Notes: generated from the sequence alone by a model not told the origin. Numbered from the stretch's first letter, positions 19,734-29,528 are shown. The stretch is 64,000 nucleotides of DNA from an uncultured Gammaproteobacteria bacterium (GCA_964571255.1 CAZNAA010000001.1:551674-615673); one strand, 5' to 3'. Numbers and translations: made by a program.

Positions 19734-20681
19734 CTATAGAACTCTTTTCCAATAGTCCAGTATATCCTTGATTGTTTGAGATAAAGGAATAGTCGGAATC
19801 CATCCTGTATCCTTTTTTAGCTTCGTATAGTCACACACTAACTCGGGGATATCTAAAGGACGAAGAAGAGAAGGATCTTGGCTAATTGAAATTGGCTTTG
19901 AGGAATGGGAAAGAAGCAGGGAAAGAATATCCTCAAGAGAAATAGATTCTCCACTTCCAAGATTATATGCTTCTCCCTTTTTTCCTTTTTCCATAAGAAG
20001 TACATATGCTTTAACAACATCTCGCACATCAGTAAAATCTCTTTTTGCTTTTAGATTTCCAACCTGTAGATCTAAAGAAGAAGATATCCCATTTTCAATT
20101 TGAGCAATTTGTTTTGCAAAATGAGATACGGCAAAGTCTTCTGATTGATTCGGACCAATGTGGTTAAATGGTCGTACACGAATAATATCTAACTTGTAGG
20201 ACAAAAAATATTGGAGTCCTAAACAGTCCTGAGTAATTTTAGAGACAGCGTACGGATTAATAGGACGAAACGGCACAGTTTCATCAATAGGTAAGTTCTC
20301 TGGACTTACCAGACCGTAAATATCCGCTGAGGTTACTAAAAGAATCCGGGGAGAGTAGTCAGGAATTGCATGTATGGCTTCTAGCAAATTGAGAGTTACT
20401 AAACTGTTATTGGTAAGAAAAAGTGCGGGATCATCTAAACTCTTTTTGGCTGAGGCAAAAGACGCAAGGTGATAGATTTCATCAGGTTTTGTTTCTAAAA
20501 GATACTCGTATAGCTTTTGATACTCAAGGAGGTCTAATGCAGTATAGGAAAAGGAACTGTCAGAATATGGGCTTCTTCCTATTCCGTAAAGGGTAATATC
20601 TTGTTTTTGGAGTTCTTTAGTAAGATACCCTCCGACAAATCCATTAATTCCTGTTACCAACACTCGTTTTTTATCACTCAT
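19734..20681 (-). CDS. NAD-dependent epimerase/dehydratase, probable GDP-4-keto-6-deoxy-D-mannose reductase (Rmd-like)
   Basis: VLVTGINGFVGGYL Rossmann motif, YAVSK catalytic motif. Adjacent to gmd. Exact specificity is an inference. Confidence 0.55.
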   Translation of the reverse strand: MSDKKRVLVTGINGFVGGYLTKELQKQDITLYGIGRSPYSDSSFSYTALDLLEYQKLYEYLLETKPDEIYHLASFASAKKSLDDPALFLTNNSLVTLNLLEAIHAIPDYSPRILLVTSADIYGLVSPENLPIDETVPFRPINPYAVSKITQDCLGLQYFLSYKLDIIRVRPFNHIGPNQSEDFAVSHFAKQIAQIENGISSSLDLQVGNLKAKRDFTDVRDVVKAYVLLMEKGKKGEAYNLGSGESISLEDILSLLLSHSSKPISISQDPSLLRPLDIPELVCDYTKLKKDTGWIPTIPLSQTIKDILDYWKRVL

Positions 20682-20687
20682 GGATAT

Positions 20688-22007
20688 TTATGCTCGTCCC
20701 ACTCCAAGATAGGTAAATCCTAACTCTTTCATAACTGAAGGAGTATATACATTTCGTCCATCAATAAGAATTGGAGAACGCATACTCTTAGCCACTCGTT
20801 TCAAATCAATTTCTTTAAACTCATTCCACTCAGTAACCAAAATGATAAGATCTGCACCCTCTGCTACTGCATAGGCATCAGCTCCAAAAGAAACATTGGC
20901 TTCTCCTTTGAGAAGCTCTTTGGCATTTTCCTGAGCAATAGGATCAAACACCTTTATCACTGCACTTTCACTGGCTAGTGCATGAATAATAACTCGAGAA
21001 GGAGCATCTCGCATATCATCAGTATCTGGTTTAAAGGCAAGTCCCCAAATGCCAATTGTTTTTCCTTCAACTGATCCAAGCAGTTTTTTCGCTTTTTCGA
21101 CAATTGAGTGAATTGCCCTTTGATTTATTTCCTCAACCTCTTTAATAAGTTTTAAATCAACATTATTTTTCTCAGCAATTTTAATAAGAGCTTTTACATC
21201 CTTTGGGAAACAACTTCCTCCATATCCACTGCCTGCATTAAGAAATGATTTTCCAATTCGTTGATCAAGACCAATAGCTTCCAAAACTGCCACGCCATCC
21301 GCTCCGACAACTTCTGAAAGGTGTGCAATCATATTGGCATAGGAAATCTTTGTTGCCAAAAAAGCATTAGCAGCATATTTAATCATTTCTGCTGTTTCTA
21401 CCGTAGTTAAAACTAAATGAGTATCTTTTTGAGAATTTTTGATAAGTCCGTCATGAAGAGTCACCATTTTTTCTTGCGCTTTTTTGTTTTCTGTTCCAAT
21501 GACAATTCGATCAGGATGCTGCGTATCTCCAATGGCTTGACCTTCACGCAGAAATTCAGGGACTGAGGCAATATCAAATTCCGATTGCTCTGGCTTAACT
21601 TCCTGGACGATTTGTTGTACCTTTTTATTGGTCCCAACAGGAACAGTACTTTTGACTGTAATAACTGTGTGATTAGCGAGATGCGCTCCAGCTTTTTTGG
21701 CAACTTCAAAAACGACCGATAAATCAGCTGATCCATCCTCAAGTGGTGGTGTTCCAACTGCAATAAAGACAACTTCTGACTCTGGGATAGCGGGTGTGTA
21801 ATCAAGTGTAAAAAGGAGTCGTCCGGCCACTACGTTTCTTTTTACTAATTCTTCAAGACCTGGTTCGTAAATTGGAAGAATTCCCTTTTTTAGGTTTTCT
21901 ACTTTTTCCTGTGTGTGTCCAATGACATAGACTTTATTGCCTAAATCAGCAAACACTGCTGCAGTGACAAGTCCAACGTATCCATGGCCAATAAATGTAA
22001 TTGTCAT
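20688..22007 (-). CDS. ugd: Nucleotide-sugar 6-dehydrogenase, probably UDP-glucose 6-dehydrogenase
   Basis: MTITFIGHGYVGLVTAAVFA, catalytic Cys in GGSCFPKD. 439 aa. Confidence 0.65.
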   Translation of the reverse strand: MTITFIGHGYVGLVTAAVFADLGNKVYVIGHTQEKVENLKKGILPIYEPGLEELVKRNVVAGRLLFTLDYTPAIPESEVVFIAVGTPPLEDGSADLSVVFEVAKKAGAHLANHTVITVKSTVPVGTNKKVQQIVQEVKPEQSEFDIASVPEFLREGQAIGDTQHPDRIVIGTENKKAQEKMVTLHDGLIKNSQKDTHLVLTTVETAEMIKYAANAFLATKISYANMIAHLSEVVGADGVAVLEAIGLDQRIGKSFLNAGSGYGGSCFPKDVKALIKIAEKNNVDLKLIKEVEEINQRAIHSIVEKAKKLLGSVEGKTIGIWGLAFKPDTDDMRDAPSRVIIHALASESAVIKVFDPIAQENAKELLKGEANVSFGADAYAVAEGADLIILVTEWNEFKEIDLKRVAKSMRSPILIDGRNVYTPSVMKELGFTYLGVGRA

Positions 22008-22867
22008 ACTAGTTTTTCTTTGATATCGAGTAATCCCTCTGTAAGAGATTTCATTTTGACACCAAGTTTTGTTATCTTATCATTTTTCATGACTAATTTA
22101 TAGGGACGAGCTGCTCTGCCTGAAAAAAACTCCTTTCTCGTGGTTGGCGAGATAAGAGACGAGTCAAGTTCAAACACCTCTGCAATTTGTTGGGCAACAG
22201 AAAAGGGTGAGTGAGAATCACTTCCATTCACATGGAAAATTCCTGTACTCTGAGTTTTTATTAAGGTATCAAGAGAGTGGGCAATGTCATCAATAAGAGT
22301 AGGAGTAATAATCTGATCACTTACTGCTGTAATTGATTCATTATTTTGCAATCGAGAAAGCATGGCTCTCACGAAATCTTTTTTTTCTCCGGTAAAGGTA
22401 TAGGGATAGGAGGGACGGATAATAACCCAAGGGACAGAACAACTTGTAACTACTTTCTCTCCCTCATATTTTGACCTTCCATAAAAATTTATAGGATTAG
22501 GAGTATCCTCTTCTGAGTAAGATTCTTGTGTTCCGTCAAAGACCAAATCAGTTGAAAAATAAATTAATCTCTTTCCCGTTTCTTCACACGCTTTAACAAT
22601 ATTTCGAGTACCCTCAACATTTACATCCCACGCACTTCCTATCTCTTTTGAATCTTTCTCTCCTTCACACTCATCAACATTTGTTTTTCCCGCTAAATGC
22701 ACTACATAAGATGCATCTGACGAAGCAATCTTTTCTTTGACACTGTTAAGATCACTAATATCCACTCCTTCACTCCTACTCAAATTTTCAAACTCATATT
22801 GAGAAGAAAGAACGTGTTTGATTCGTGAGCCGATAAGACCAGTAAGACCGGTAACTAAAATATTCAT
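22004..22867 (-). CDS. rfbD: dTDP-4-dehydrorhamnose reductase
   Basis: MNILVTGLTGLIGSRI, YGRSKYEGE. About 287 aa with an RmlD-like layout. Confidence 0.7.
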   Translation of the reverse strand: MNILVTGLTGLIGSRIKHVLSSQYEFENLSRSEGVDISDLNSVKEKIASSDASYVVHLAGKTNVDECEGEKDSKEIGSAWDVNVEGTRNIVKACEETGKRLIYFSTDLVFDGTQESYSEEDTPNPINFYGRSKYEGEKVVTSCSVPWVIIRPSYPYTFTGEKKDFVRAMLSRLQNNESITAVSDQIITPTLIDDIAHSLDTLIKTQSTGIFHVNGSDSHSPFSVAQQIAEVFELDSSLISPTTRKEFFSGRAARPYKLVMKNDKITKLGVKMKSLTEGLLDIKEKLV

Positions 22868-23343
22868 TCAGACTTAAAAATGGGAAGATCAAATGCCTTT
22901 TTCTGGTATTGAAAAAATCTTAAAATAATATTTCGATGATCAAAAGCAAATTCCGTGTCTGGGGGAAGATCACTCTCTGAAATCCACTCAATCGTTTCCA
23001 CTTCTTCATTCTCTACTTCCTCTCCTCCTATTATTTTTACCAGATACGTAAAATTAACATTTTGCCTATCTTCATTTGCCCGATGAGGTGTATCTGTGAT
23101 TTGAAATAGAGCAATTATTTCTCCCTCATAGCCTGTTTCTTCACGTAGCTCCCGAAGAACTCCCTCCTTCGTACTCTCGTCTCTATCTAAAAAACCTCCT
23201 GGAACCGTATATTTACCAGGATTAGAAAGACTTGGGCCACGACGAGTTAGAAGAATTTCGTTTTTTTCATTCACAATCAGACAGTCTATTGTCACATGTC
23301 TCTTACTACCAGTCCCTCCATCTTCAAAAATACAATTAATCAT
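22864..23343 (-). CDS. NUDIX hydrolase embedded in the rfb operon
   Basis: Nudix box GGFLDRDESTKEGVLRELREETGYEG. Confidence 0.7.
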   Translation of the reverse strand: MINCIFEDGGTGSKRHVTIDCLIVNEKNEILLTRRGPSLSNPGKYTVPGGFLDRDESTKEGVLRELREETGYEGEIIALFQITDTPHRANEDRQNVNFTYLVKIIGGEEVENEEVETIEWISESDLPPDTEFAFDHRNIILRFFQYQKKAFDLPIFKSE

Positions 23344-24359
23344 TTCTTCCCTCCATACTGTTTTTCGTAATATTCTTTATATTCTCCACTTTTTATTTTC
23401 TCCCACCACTCTCTGTGAGTCTTGTACCATTCAACTGTTTTTTCAAGATACTCTTCAAATGAATATTGAGGACTCCACCCAAGTTCTCTATGGATTTTAC
23501 TCCAATCAATTGCATATCTTCTATCATGTCCTGGTCTATCAGATACATATTCAATCTGATCTTCTCCTTTTCCTACAATTTGGAGAAGAAGCTTAACTAC
23601 CTCTAAGTTGTTATATTCTTTCTCTAATTGGCTTCCAATACCATACGTCTCTCCCTCTTTTCCTTTTTGCAAAATAAGCTCAATGGCTCGACAGTGATCA
23701 TCAACATATAACCAATCTCTAACATTTAATCCATCTCCATACACTGGAACTTTTTTCCCGTCTAGTAAATTTGTAATGGCGAGAGGAATGAGTTTTTCTG
23801 GAAAATGATAGGGACCAAAGTTATTCGTACAATTAGAAATTGTAATGGGAAGTCCGTATGTATCAAAATATGCTCTCACTAAATGATCAGATGCTGCCTT
23901 GCTTGCAGCATAGGGACTATGTGGATCATAGTTTGTCTGTTCACTGAATTTCTCTTTACTCCCCAATTCTAAACTTCCAAACACTTCATCTGTACTAACA
24001 AAGTGAAAACGTTTTACTCCTTCTTTTTTGGTTGCATCTAATAGTACTTGAGTTCCCAGGACATTGGTTCGGACAAACTCAGCTGGTCCTGTAATAGATC
24101 TGTCTACATGTGTTTCTGCTGCAAAATGGACTACAGTATCCACTCCTTTCATTGCTTGTTCAACAATCTCTGGGTCAATAATATCTCCTTTGATAAACGT
24201 ATAGTTGGGATTTTCAGAAACTGTTTCTAGATTTTCTAAATTTCCTGCATAAGTGAGTTTATCTAAATTAATAATCTCATCCTCTGGATGATTTTTCATC
24301 CAATACAAGATAAAATTAGATCCAATAAATCCAGCACCACCTGTAACGAGTAATTTCAT
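23340..24359 (-). CDS. rfbB: dTDP-glucose 4,6-dehydratase
   Basis: MKLLVTGGAGFIGSNF, YAASKAASDHL, 339 aa. Confidence 0.85.
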   Translation of the reverse strand: MKLLVTGGAGFIGSNFILYWMKNHPEDEIINLDKLTYAGNLENLETVSENPNYTFIKGDIIDPEIVEQAMKGVDTVVHFAAETHVDRSITGPAEFVRTNVLGTQVLLDATKKEGVKRFHFVSTDEVFGSLELGSKEKFSEQTNYDPHSPYAASKAASDHLVRAYFDTYGLPITISNCTNNFGPYHFPEKLIPLAITNLLDGKKVPVYGDGLNVRDWLYVDDHCRAIELILQKGKEGETYGIGSQLEKEYNNLEVVKLLLQIVGKGEDQIEYVSDRPGHDRRYAIDWSKIHRELGWSPQYSFEEYLEKTVEWYKTHREWWEKIKSGEYKEYYEKQYGGKK

Positions 24360-24361
24360 AA

Positions 24362-24898
24362 TTATCCCCTAGTCATTTCCCAAATTTCTTTTCCAAGCAT
24401 ATCCCAAGGAAGTCTTCCTTCATCTGGATTTTTCAGATCAAATTGTTGATTCACCATATAAATAATTCCGGCTGGCTTTTCCCAAAGGTTTCCGACTCCA
24501 TGTGCAACTCCTCTGGGGATATATAATAAACGAGATTTCCCCTCTCCCATGACAAATCTCATGGTATTTCCTTTGGTTGGAGAATTCTCTCTCATGTCTG
24601 AAAGAACTAGTAATAATCTATCTTTTGGAGAAATAAACCAAATATCTTCTTGCTGTAAGTGAATGTGGTACGCCTTAATCGCTCCAGGCTCCATTTGCGA
24701 ATAGTTGAACTGCTTGAGATGAAATTCAGGAAAAAGTTGACTTACTCCCTCATCAAACCTCCCCAGTTCCATAAAAAACCCTCCATCATCAACAAAACAA
24801 GGGATGTCTTTAATAACTACTCCTTCAATTTGAGCAGACGCATCATATGACTGTACAGAATAGCTCTGTTGGGCAGCTTCAGTTAGTATTGCTTTCAT
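24362..24898 (-). CDS. rfbC: dTDP-4-dehydrorhamnose 3,5-epimerase
   Basis: Cupin. DDGGFFMEL matches the RmlC DxRGxFxE core. 178 aa. Confidence 0.7.
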   Translation of the reverse strand: MKAILTEAAQQSYSVQSYDASAQIEGVVIKDIPCFVDDGGFFMELGRFDEGVSQLFPEFHLKQFNYSQMEPGAIKAYHIHLQQEDIWFISPKDRLLLVLSDMRENSPTKGNTMRFVMGEGKSRLLYIPRGVAHGVGNLWEKPAGIIYMVNQQFDLKNPDEGRLPWDMLGKEIWEMTRG

Positions 24899-25617
24899 TT
24901 ATGGTTTTTATTGGCTTTCTCAGCCATAAAATTACTTGATCTCAATAGACTATCAAATGTCCCAGCATCCTCCCAAATCCCGTCAATAATATCAACTGAT
25001 AATTCACCTTGTTCTAAATATTTATTTTGAATATCAGTAATTTCTATTTCTCCCCTTTCTGATGGAGTAAGAGATTTTGCGAATTCTATAACCCGATTAT
25101 CAAAAATATACATCCCAACTAAGGCAAAATCACTTTTAGGAACTTTCGGTTTTTCAACAATCGAGATAACATTCATATCTTTATCAAATTCTACATTTCC
25201 AAACCGTTCAGGATCATGTACTTTTTTAGCAAAGATTTTTCCTCCACTTTTAAACTCTTTAATACTTTGTCTAAAATCGTTTTCAAAAATGTTATCTCCT
25301 AAAATAAGGGTTACATTATCTTTTCCAATAAAATTTTCACCTATAAGAAAAGCATCAGCTAGACCCTTTGCTTCTTCCTGAATTTCATACGTAAATCGAA
25401 CTCCAAATTGTTTTCCAGATCCCAAAAGATTAAGAAAGTGTCCGGAATAGGTTGGGGCAATAATAATGAGGATATCTTTAATTCCTGCTGAAACAAGTGT
25501 TTCAATAGGGTAAAAAATCATCGGTTTATCATAAATGGGGAGAAGTTGTTTTGAAGTAATTTTTGTTAATGGGAGAAGTCGTGTTCCTTTCCCGCCTGCA
25601 AGAATAATTCCCTTCAT
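24895..25617 (-). CDS. rfbA: Glucose-1-phosphate thymidylyltransferase (short-form sugar nucleotidyltransferase)
   Basis: MKGIILAGGKGTRLLPLT...KQLLPIYDKPMIFYPIE. Confidence 0.75.
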   Translation of the reverse strand: MKGIILAGGKGTRLLPLTKITSKQLLPIYDKPMIFYPIETLVSAGIKDILIIIAPTYSGHFLNLLGSGKQFGVRFTYEIQEEAKGLADAFLIGENFIGKDNVTLILGDNIFENDFRQSIKEFKSGGKIFAKKVHDPERFGNVEFDKDMNVISIVEKPKVPKSDFALVGMYIFDNRVIEFAKSLTPSERGEIEITDIQNKYLEQGELSVDIIDGIWEDAGTFDSLLRSSNFMAEKANKNHK

Positions 25618-25620
25618 ACA

Positions 25621-25887
25621 TTAGACTAGAAAGCGGATAAGGAAGAAGAGTACCGCAATTCCAAGTGAACCAATCATAACATATTCCAAAAAAACTTTCA
25701 GATGTAAATCATGCTCTAATTTGTGATGGATACTAGCTGAGAGAATATACCAACAGGTTACTCCAACTGTTAATACCATGAGCAGTTGTTTAGTATTAAA
25801 GAAGATATAGGCAGAAACTAAACTCACAACAAAAAATCCTAAAAGAAAAAAATAATAAAGGTGATGTCTTGTTAGTTCTTTTCTCAT
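25621..25887 (-). CDS. Small 3-TM membrane protein, hypothetical
   Basis: 88 aa, hydrophobic. Sits in the operon. Confidence 0.35.
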   Translation of the reverse strand: MRKELTRHHLYYFFLLGFFVVSLVSAYIFFNTKQLLMVLTVGVTCWYILSASIHHKLEHDLHLKVFLEYVMIGSLGIAVLFFLIRFLV

Positions 25888-26744
25888 AAAATATTTCCTT
25901 TCGTAATCAGATAAATCATTCCACTAATAAATGATAAATACAACAAATGATCAAAGTTGTGTGAGAGGATTCGAACAATTTTTCGTCTCTCAATAATAAT
26001 TAGATCAAATACAATAATAAGCGCAAATAATAAAACAATACTAATTGCTATTTGTTTTCCCACTTCAGTGGTATTAACAAGAGGTCTTGTCTCAACAGCC
26101 GCAACTTGCCCATTCGATATAGCTGGAGCAACAATATGAGGAGCCTCCTTCCCTACTTCAGGAGTAGATTTTGCCAGAGTAGACCCAGTACTCCCAAACA
26201 TTTGCACAATAAGTACCGTTTCTTCCCCTGTTAATTTCCCTGTAATAACAGCAAACCCCACATCAGAATAATTTTTTGAAAGTAAATTTTCCTTGTGAGA
26301 TGGACTTGCTATCCAGGCTTCAACTGCTGCGTTTGAAGTAGAAAATCCACGAGCAAGATTCTCTCCTGCATAGGCGTATTCATATCCTTCTTCTTTAATA
26401 AAACCCCATGGAGTTCCTCCGTCTGGCGCAAAATGGGCCCAGTAATTTTTTTCGATCATATCACTCGCCTTTTTTGCTGCAGCATTACTTAATGATTGGT
26501 TTAAAGAAAGTGGCTTTAGTCCCTCAGCCACTCTTTTTTTATTGGTTAGCTCTAATAATTCTTGGATGGAGACACTTGTTTGTGTTCCTAAAATCTGTGG
26601 ATACGTATGCTTCAGAGGAGCAATAACTACTCCTAGAACAAAAAGAATACTAATAATCCCAATTAAACTATGCGGATGAAGCAGTTTTGCCCGGTGATTA
26701 TTTGATTCGTGCGGAAGAAAAAAATGACGGAGAAATTGTCTCAT
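25884..26744 (-). CDS. CAP/SCP/PR-1 domain secreted protein with N- and C-terminal TM anchors
   Basis: YWAHFAPDGG...YAGENLARGF...SPSHKENLL CAP motifs. Confidence 0.65.
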   Translation of the reverse strand: MRQFLRHFFLPHESNNHRAKLLHPHSLIGIISILFVLGVVIAPLKHTYPQILGTQTSVSIQELLELTNKKRVAEGLKPLSLNQSLSNAAAKKASDMIEKNYWAHFAPDGGTPWGFIKEEGYEYAYAGENLARGFSTSNAAVEAWIASPSHKENLLSKNYSDVGFAVITGKLTGEETVLIVQMFGSTGSTLAKSTPEVGKEAPHIVAPAISNGQVAAVETRPLVNTTEVGKQIAISIVLLFALIIVFDLIIIERRKIVRILSHNFDHLLYLSFISGMIYLITKGNIL

Positions 26745-26782
26745 ATACCTAGTATATGAAGTTTATTTTCGTTTGTCACTCA

Positions 26783-27103
26783 TTACTGATAGACAGGCTC
26801 AACGAGAACTCCTGGAGGATTACCATTAATAGGAATATGCAAAAGAGTAGCTAAGGTATTGGCAATAGAGGCTCCAACCCGAAGTCCTGTAAAAGAGCCT
26901 GGACCTAAAGGAAGAGTGAGATGAGTAAGATCAGAAAGAGTAAGATTATTTCTCTGAAGAAGAGTAGTAATTCGAGGAAGAAGAATTTGTGATTTTTGTC
27001 TTCCAATCTCTTCTGTAATGGAGTCAACTTTCCCATCAATATCTACTGAAACAGTAATTTCTTTATTACTTGATGTATCGATCGTAAGTGTTATGTGTAT
27101 CAT
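26783..27103 (-). CDS. tsaB: Truncated TsaB/YeaZ-like t6A protein (N-terminal half only, 106 aa)
   Basis: IHITLTIDTSS...PLGPGSFTGLRVGASIAN signature of YeaZ. Confidence 0.65.
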   Translation of the reverse strand: MIHITLTIDTSSNKEITVSVDIDGKVDSITEEIGRQKSQILLPRITTLLQRNNLTLSDLTHLTLPLGPGSFTGLRVGASIANTLATLLHIPINGNPPGVLVEPVYQ

Positions 27104-27684
27104 ACAAATTGGTTAATTTTTATAACCCCTTCTCGAAGTAGCTTCCAAGGAGTACTCGTTACATCAATAACAGTTGAAGACTTTCTTCCTTTACAATTTC
27201 CTTTTAACACATAATCAACCTTACTAACTAAAGATGGATCCAAGGATAAACTATTAAACACAGTCGATGCTCCAGAAAAGTTGGCTGAAGTCCCAATAAT
27301 GGGGACTCCAACCCAGCTGATTAGTTGGAGAAGTTCTGATTGATCTGGAATCCGGACTCCAATCGTATCTCCTCCTCCACGAAGAGATGAAGGCACCTTT
27401 TCTTTATTTGCTTTAAGAATAATGGTTAATGCTCCTGGCCAATATTTCTCTATTAAATGTTCTACCTTTTGAGGAATTTCCTCCACATACTCTTTTACCA
27501 TTTCCACGGAATCAAAGAGAAGGGGAACTGCTTTATTTGCATCTCGTCCTTTAATCTGAAAAATTCTTTCAACTGCTTCTTTATTATCAATTCGTGCTCC
27601 AATACCAAAAGCCGTATCTGTTGGAAAGATAATGACTCCTCCTTGTTTTACTATTTCTGCAGCTAGTTTTACTTCCTCTGTCAT
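27100..27684 (-). CDS. tsaC: L-threonylcarbamoyladenylate synthase TsaC/YrdC
   Basis: GGVIIFPTDTAFGIGARIDNKEAVERIFQIKGRDANKAVPLL. Confidence 0.8.
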   Translation of the reverse strand: MTEEVKLAAEIVKQGGVIIFPTDTAFGIGARIDNKEAVERIFQIKGRDANKAVPLLFDSVEMVKEYVEEIPQKVEHLIEKYWPGALTIILKANKEKVPSSLRGGGDTIGVRIPDQSELLQLISWVGVPIIGTSANFSGASTVFNSLSLDPSLVSKVDYVLKGNCKGRKSSTVIDVTSTPWKLLREGVIKINQFV

Positions 27685-28145
27685 ATCAGTTGTTTTATTC
27701 TTGCTCTATTATCTTCAATAAATCGTCTCTGATCAGGCCAAAAAATAGCAGGCAGAGAATCAAGAGGGAACCACTCAGTTGAATAATGCCTATCCGTTTC
27801 GGTAGGATTAGTTTCTTTCACATCCGTTGTAAAAAGAAACATATGCTGAATAGACCAGGTTTTTTTGTTATACGTTAAGCGTTCTAACTTTCCAAGATAC
27901 GTGACTAAATGAAGCGTATGAATCCCCGCTTCTTCCCCAATCTCCCGAATCGCCGTTTGCTCAAGAGTTTCGCCTTTTTCAACGGTTCCCTTGGGAATTG
28001 CCAGCTTACTAACCTTTCCTTCATGAATAAGAGCAATAAGAATTTTTTCTCCTTCTCGTCTTATGACTAATCCCCCAGCAGTTACTTTTTCTCTAATGCC
28101 TTCTGGCTTCATGTAAAATGATTGATCAATTCTGTGTTTATACAT
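27681..28145 (-). CDS. NUDIX hydrolase
   Basis: Nudix box PKGTVEKGETLEQTAIREIGEEAG. Confidence 0.7.
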   Translation of the reverse strand: MYKHRIDQSFYMKPEGIREKVTAGGLVIRREGEKILIALIHEGKVSKLAIPKGTVEKGETLEQTAIREIGEEAGIHTLHLVTYLGKLERLTYNKKTWSIQHMFLFTTDVKETNPTETDRHYSTEWFPLDSLPAIFWPDQRRFIEDNRARIKQLI

Positions 28146-28620
28146 ATAAATCGATTGTCCCCTCCCTCATTCCTTCTTTTATTGAGTCAAGATTGAAAAG
28201 TTCTATCTCAATTCGCTTCTCTGGAAGATAGTCTTTCATTTTATCTGCCCATTCAATAACAAAAAGATTTTTAGGATCTTTCATCAAGTCCAAGAGTCCT
28301 AATCCTTCAATATCATGAAGAGAGTTTGTTCTATATAAGTCTACATGAAAAAGAAAATCCCATTTTTTATTATCCTTTATTTCATATCGTCTCATGAGGA
28401 TAAAAGTGGGAGAGGTAATTCGTTGAGAAATGCCTAAGGTTTTCCCCACTCCCTGAGTAAAAGTTGTTTTTCCACTCCCCAAGTCCCCAAAAAGAGCAAT
28501 GACATTTTGATCACATTTTGAGATCACTTCTTTTGCAAATGCATAGGTATCTTCAACAGATATGCAACTGAATACTTTTTCTTTCCAAAACATATAACTT
28601 ATCCTTTCTGTTCTCGCCAA
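28138..28620 (-). CDS. tsaE: tRNA t6A biosynthesis ATPase TsaE/YjeE
   Basis: Walker A GDLGSGKTTF, SPTFILMRRYE, HVDLYR. Confidence 0.8.
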   Translation of the reverse strand: MARTERISYMFWKEKVFSCISVEDTYAFAKEVISKCDQNVIALFGDLGSGKTTFTQGVGKTLGISQRITSPTFILMRRYEIKDNKKWDFLFHVDLYRTNSLHDIEGLGLLDLMKDPKNLFVIEWADKMKDYLPEKRIEIELFNLDSIKEGMREGTIDLYV

Positions 28621-29528
28621 GATCGATAGATAATTATAGCACAGCCAAGCAGGAGAAACCCACCTATCCCCATTAAAATAACAGCAGAAACTGAGGAGGT
28701 ATTATCTTCATACTGTAACTGCTCAACAATAATAGTAGGAGTTGGCGTAATATCACTTGTTACTCCTAGTACTTCTTCTTGAAATTCTTCTGTGCTACTT
28801 GAGGTACTGATAATAGATGGAGAGAGAAAAGGTGTAGGTATTTTGGAAATACTTGGAGTTGGGATCTTTAGAAACGTAGTGGGAGTTGGCGTTTTTAGAG
28901 GCGTAGGACTTGGGGGTTTGGTTGGAGTAGGCGTAGGAGTAAGTAAAGTAGGAGTTGGGGTTATCACTACTGCAGGTTGTTCAGGAGGTGAAATTTGGGT
29001 AAAGGAAATTTGATCAAACAAGATCGCTGTTTGAGGATTAGGGGACGTAATATTTCCCAGAAGTTCAATTCTAGCTTTAATTGCAGATAGAGGAGCTTGA
29101 ACTGCCTCAATGGAAACATCTTTATATCCAAGGGAATTTTCAGTGAGTTGAGAAGAATCAGTCTTACTTACCTCTCCTCCAGTTCCTCTCCAACTAATTC
29201 GCAAGATCACATAGGAAAAAGATGGCGAATTCTTTTGAATCTTCCCTGTCAATTTATAATAAGATTCTGGCTCAACATCAACATCTTGATAGATATAAAT
29301 GGATCCTGTGGTATTGTTTTGTTTATTAAGAGACGCAGCATTTATTCCCTCACTTCCCGGTGAGAAAAGCGAAAAACTCATCGTACTCACATTTTTTACC
29401 CAACTTACTGGAGTATCACTACTCACTTCTTCAAAGGAGGGATTGAGTAACAGATTGGATGCCAGAACAGAAGAAGGGAAAAAGAAGAAAAGATACAGAA
29501 AAAGGCAAATAGACAAGAACTTTGCCAT
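28599..29528 (-). CDS. Cell-surface protein: signal peptide, CBM-like beta-sandwich domain, Pro/Thr-rich linker, C-terminal TM anchor
   Basis: MAKFLSICLFLYLFFFF signal, NPSFEEVSSD... N-terminal domain, PTPTLLTPTPTPTKPPSPTPLKTPTPT linker, C-terminal AVILMGIGGFLLLGCAIIIYRSWREQKG. ATG at 29528 preferred over the TTG at 29561. Confidence 0.45.
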   Translation of the reverse strand: MAKFLSICLFLYLFFFFPSSVLASNLLLNPSFEEVSSDTPVSWVKNVSTMSFSLFSPGSEGINAASLNKQNNTTGSIYIYQDVDVEPESYYKLTGKIQKNSPSFSYVILRISWRGTGGEVSKTDSSQLTENSLGYKDVSIEAVQAPLSAIKARIELLGNITSPNPQTAILFDQISFTQISPPEQPAVVITPTPTLLTPTPTPTKPPSPTPLKTPTPTTFLKIPTPSISKIPTPFLSPSIISTSSSTEEFQEEVLGVTSDITPTPTIIVEQLQYEDNTSSVSAVILMGIGGFLLLGCAIIIYRSWREQKG

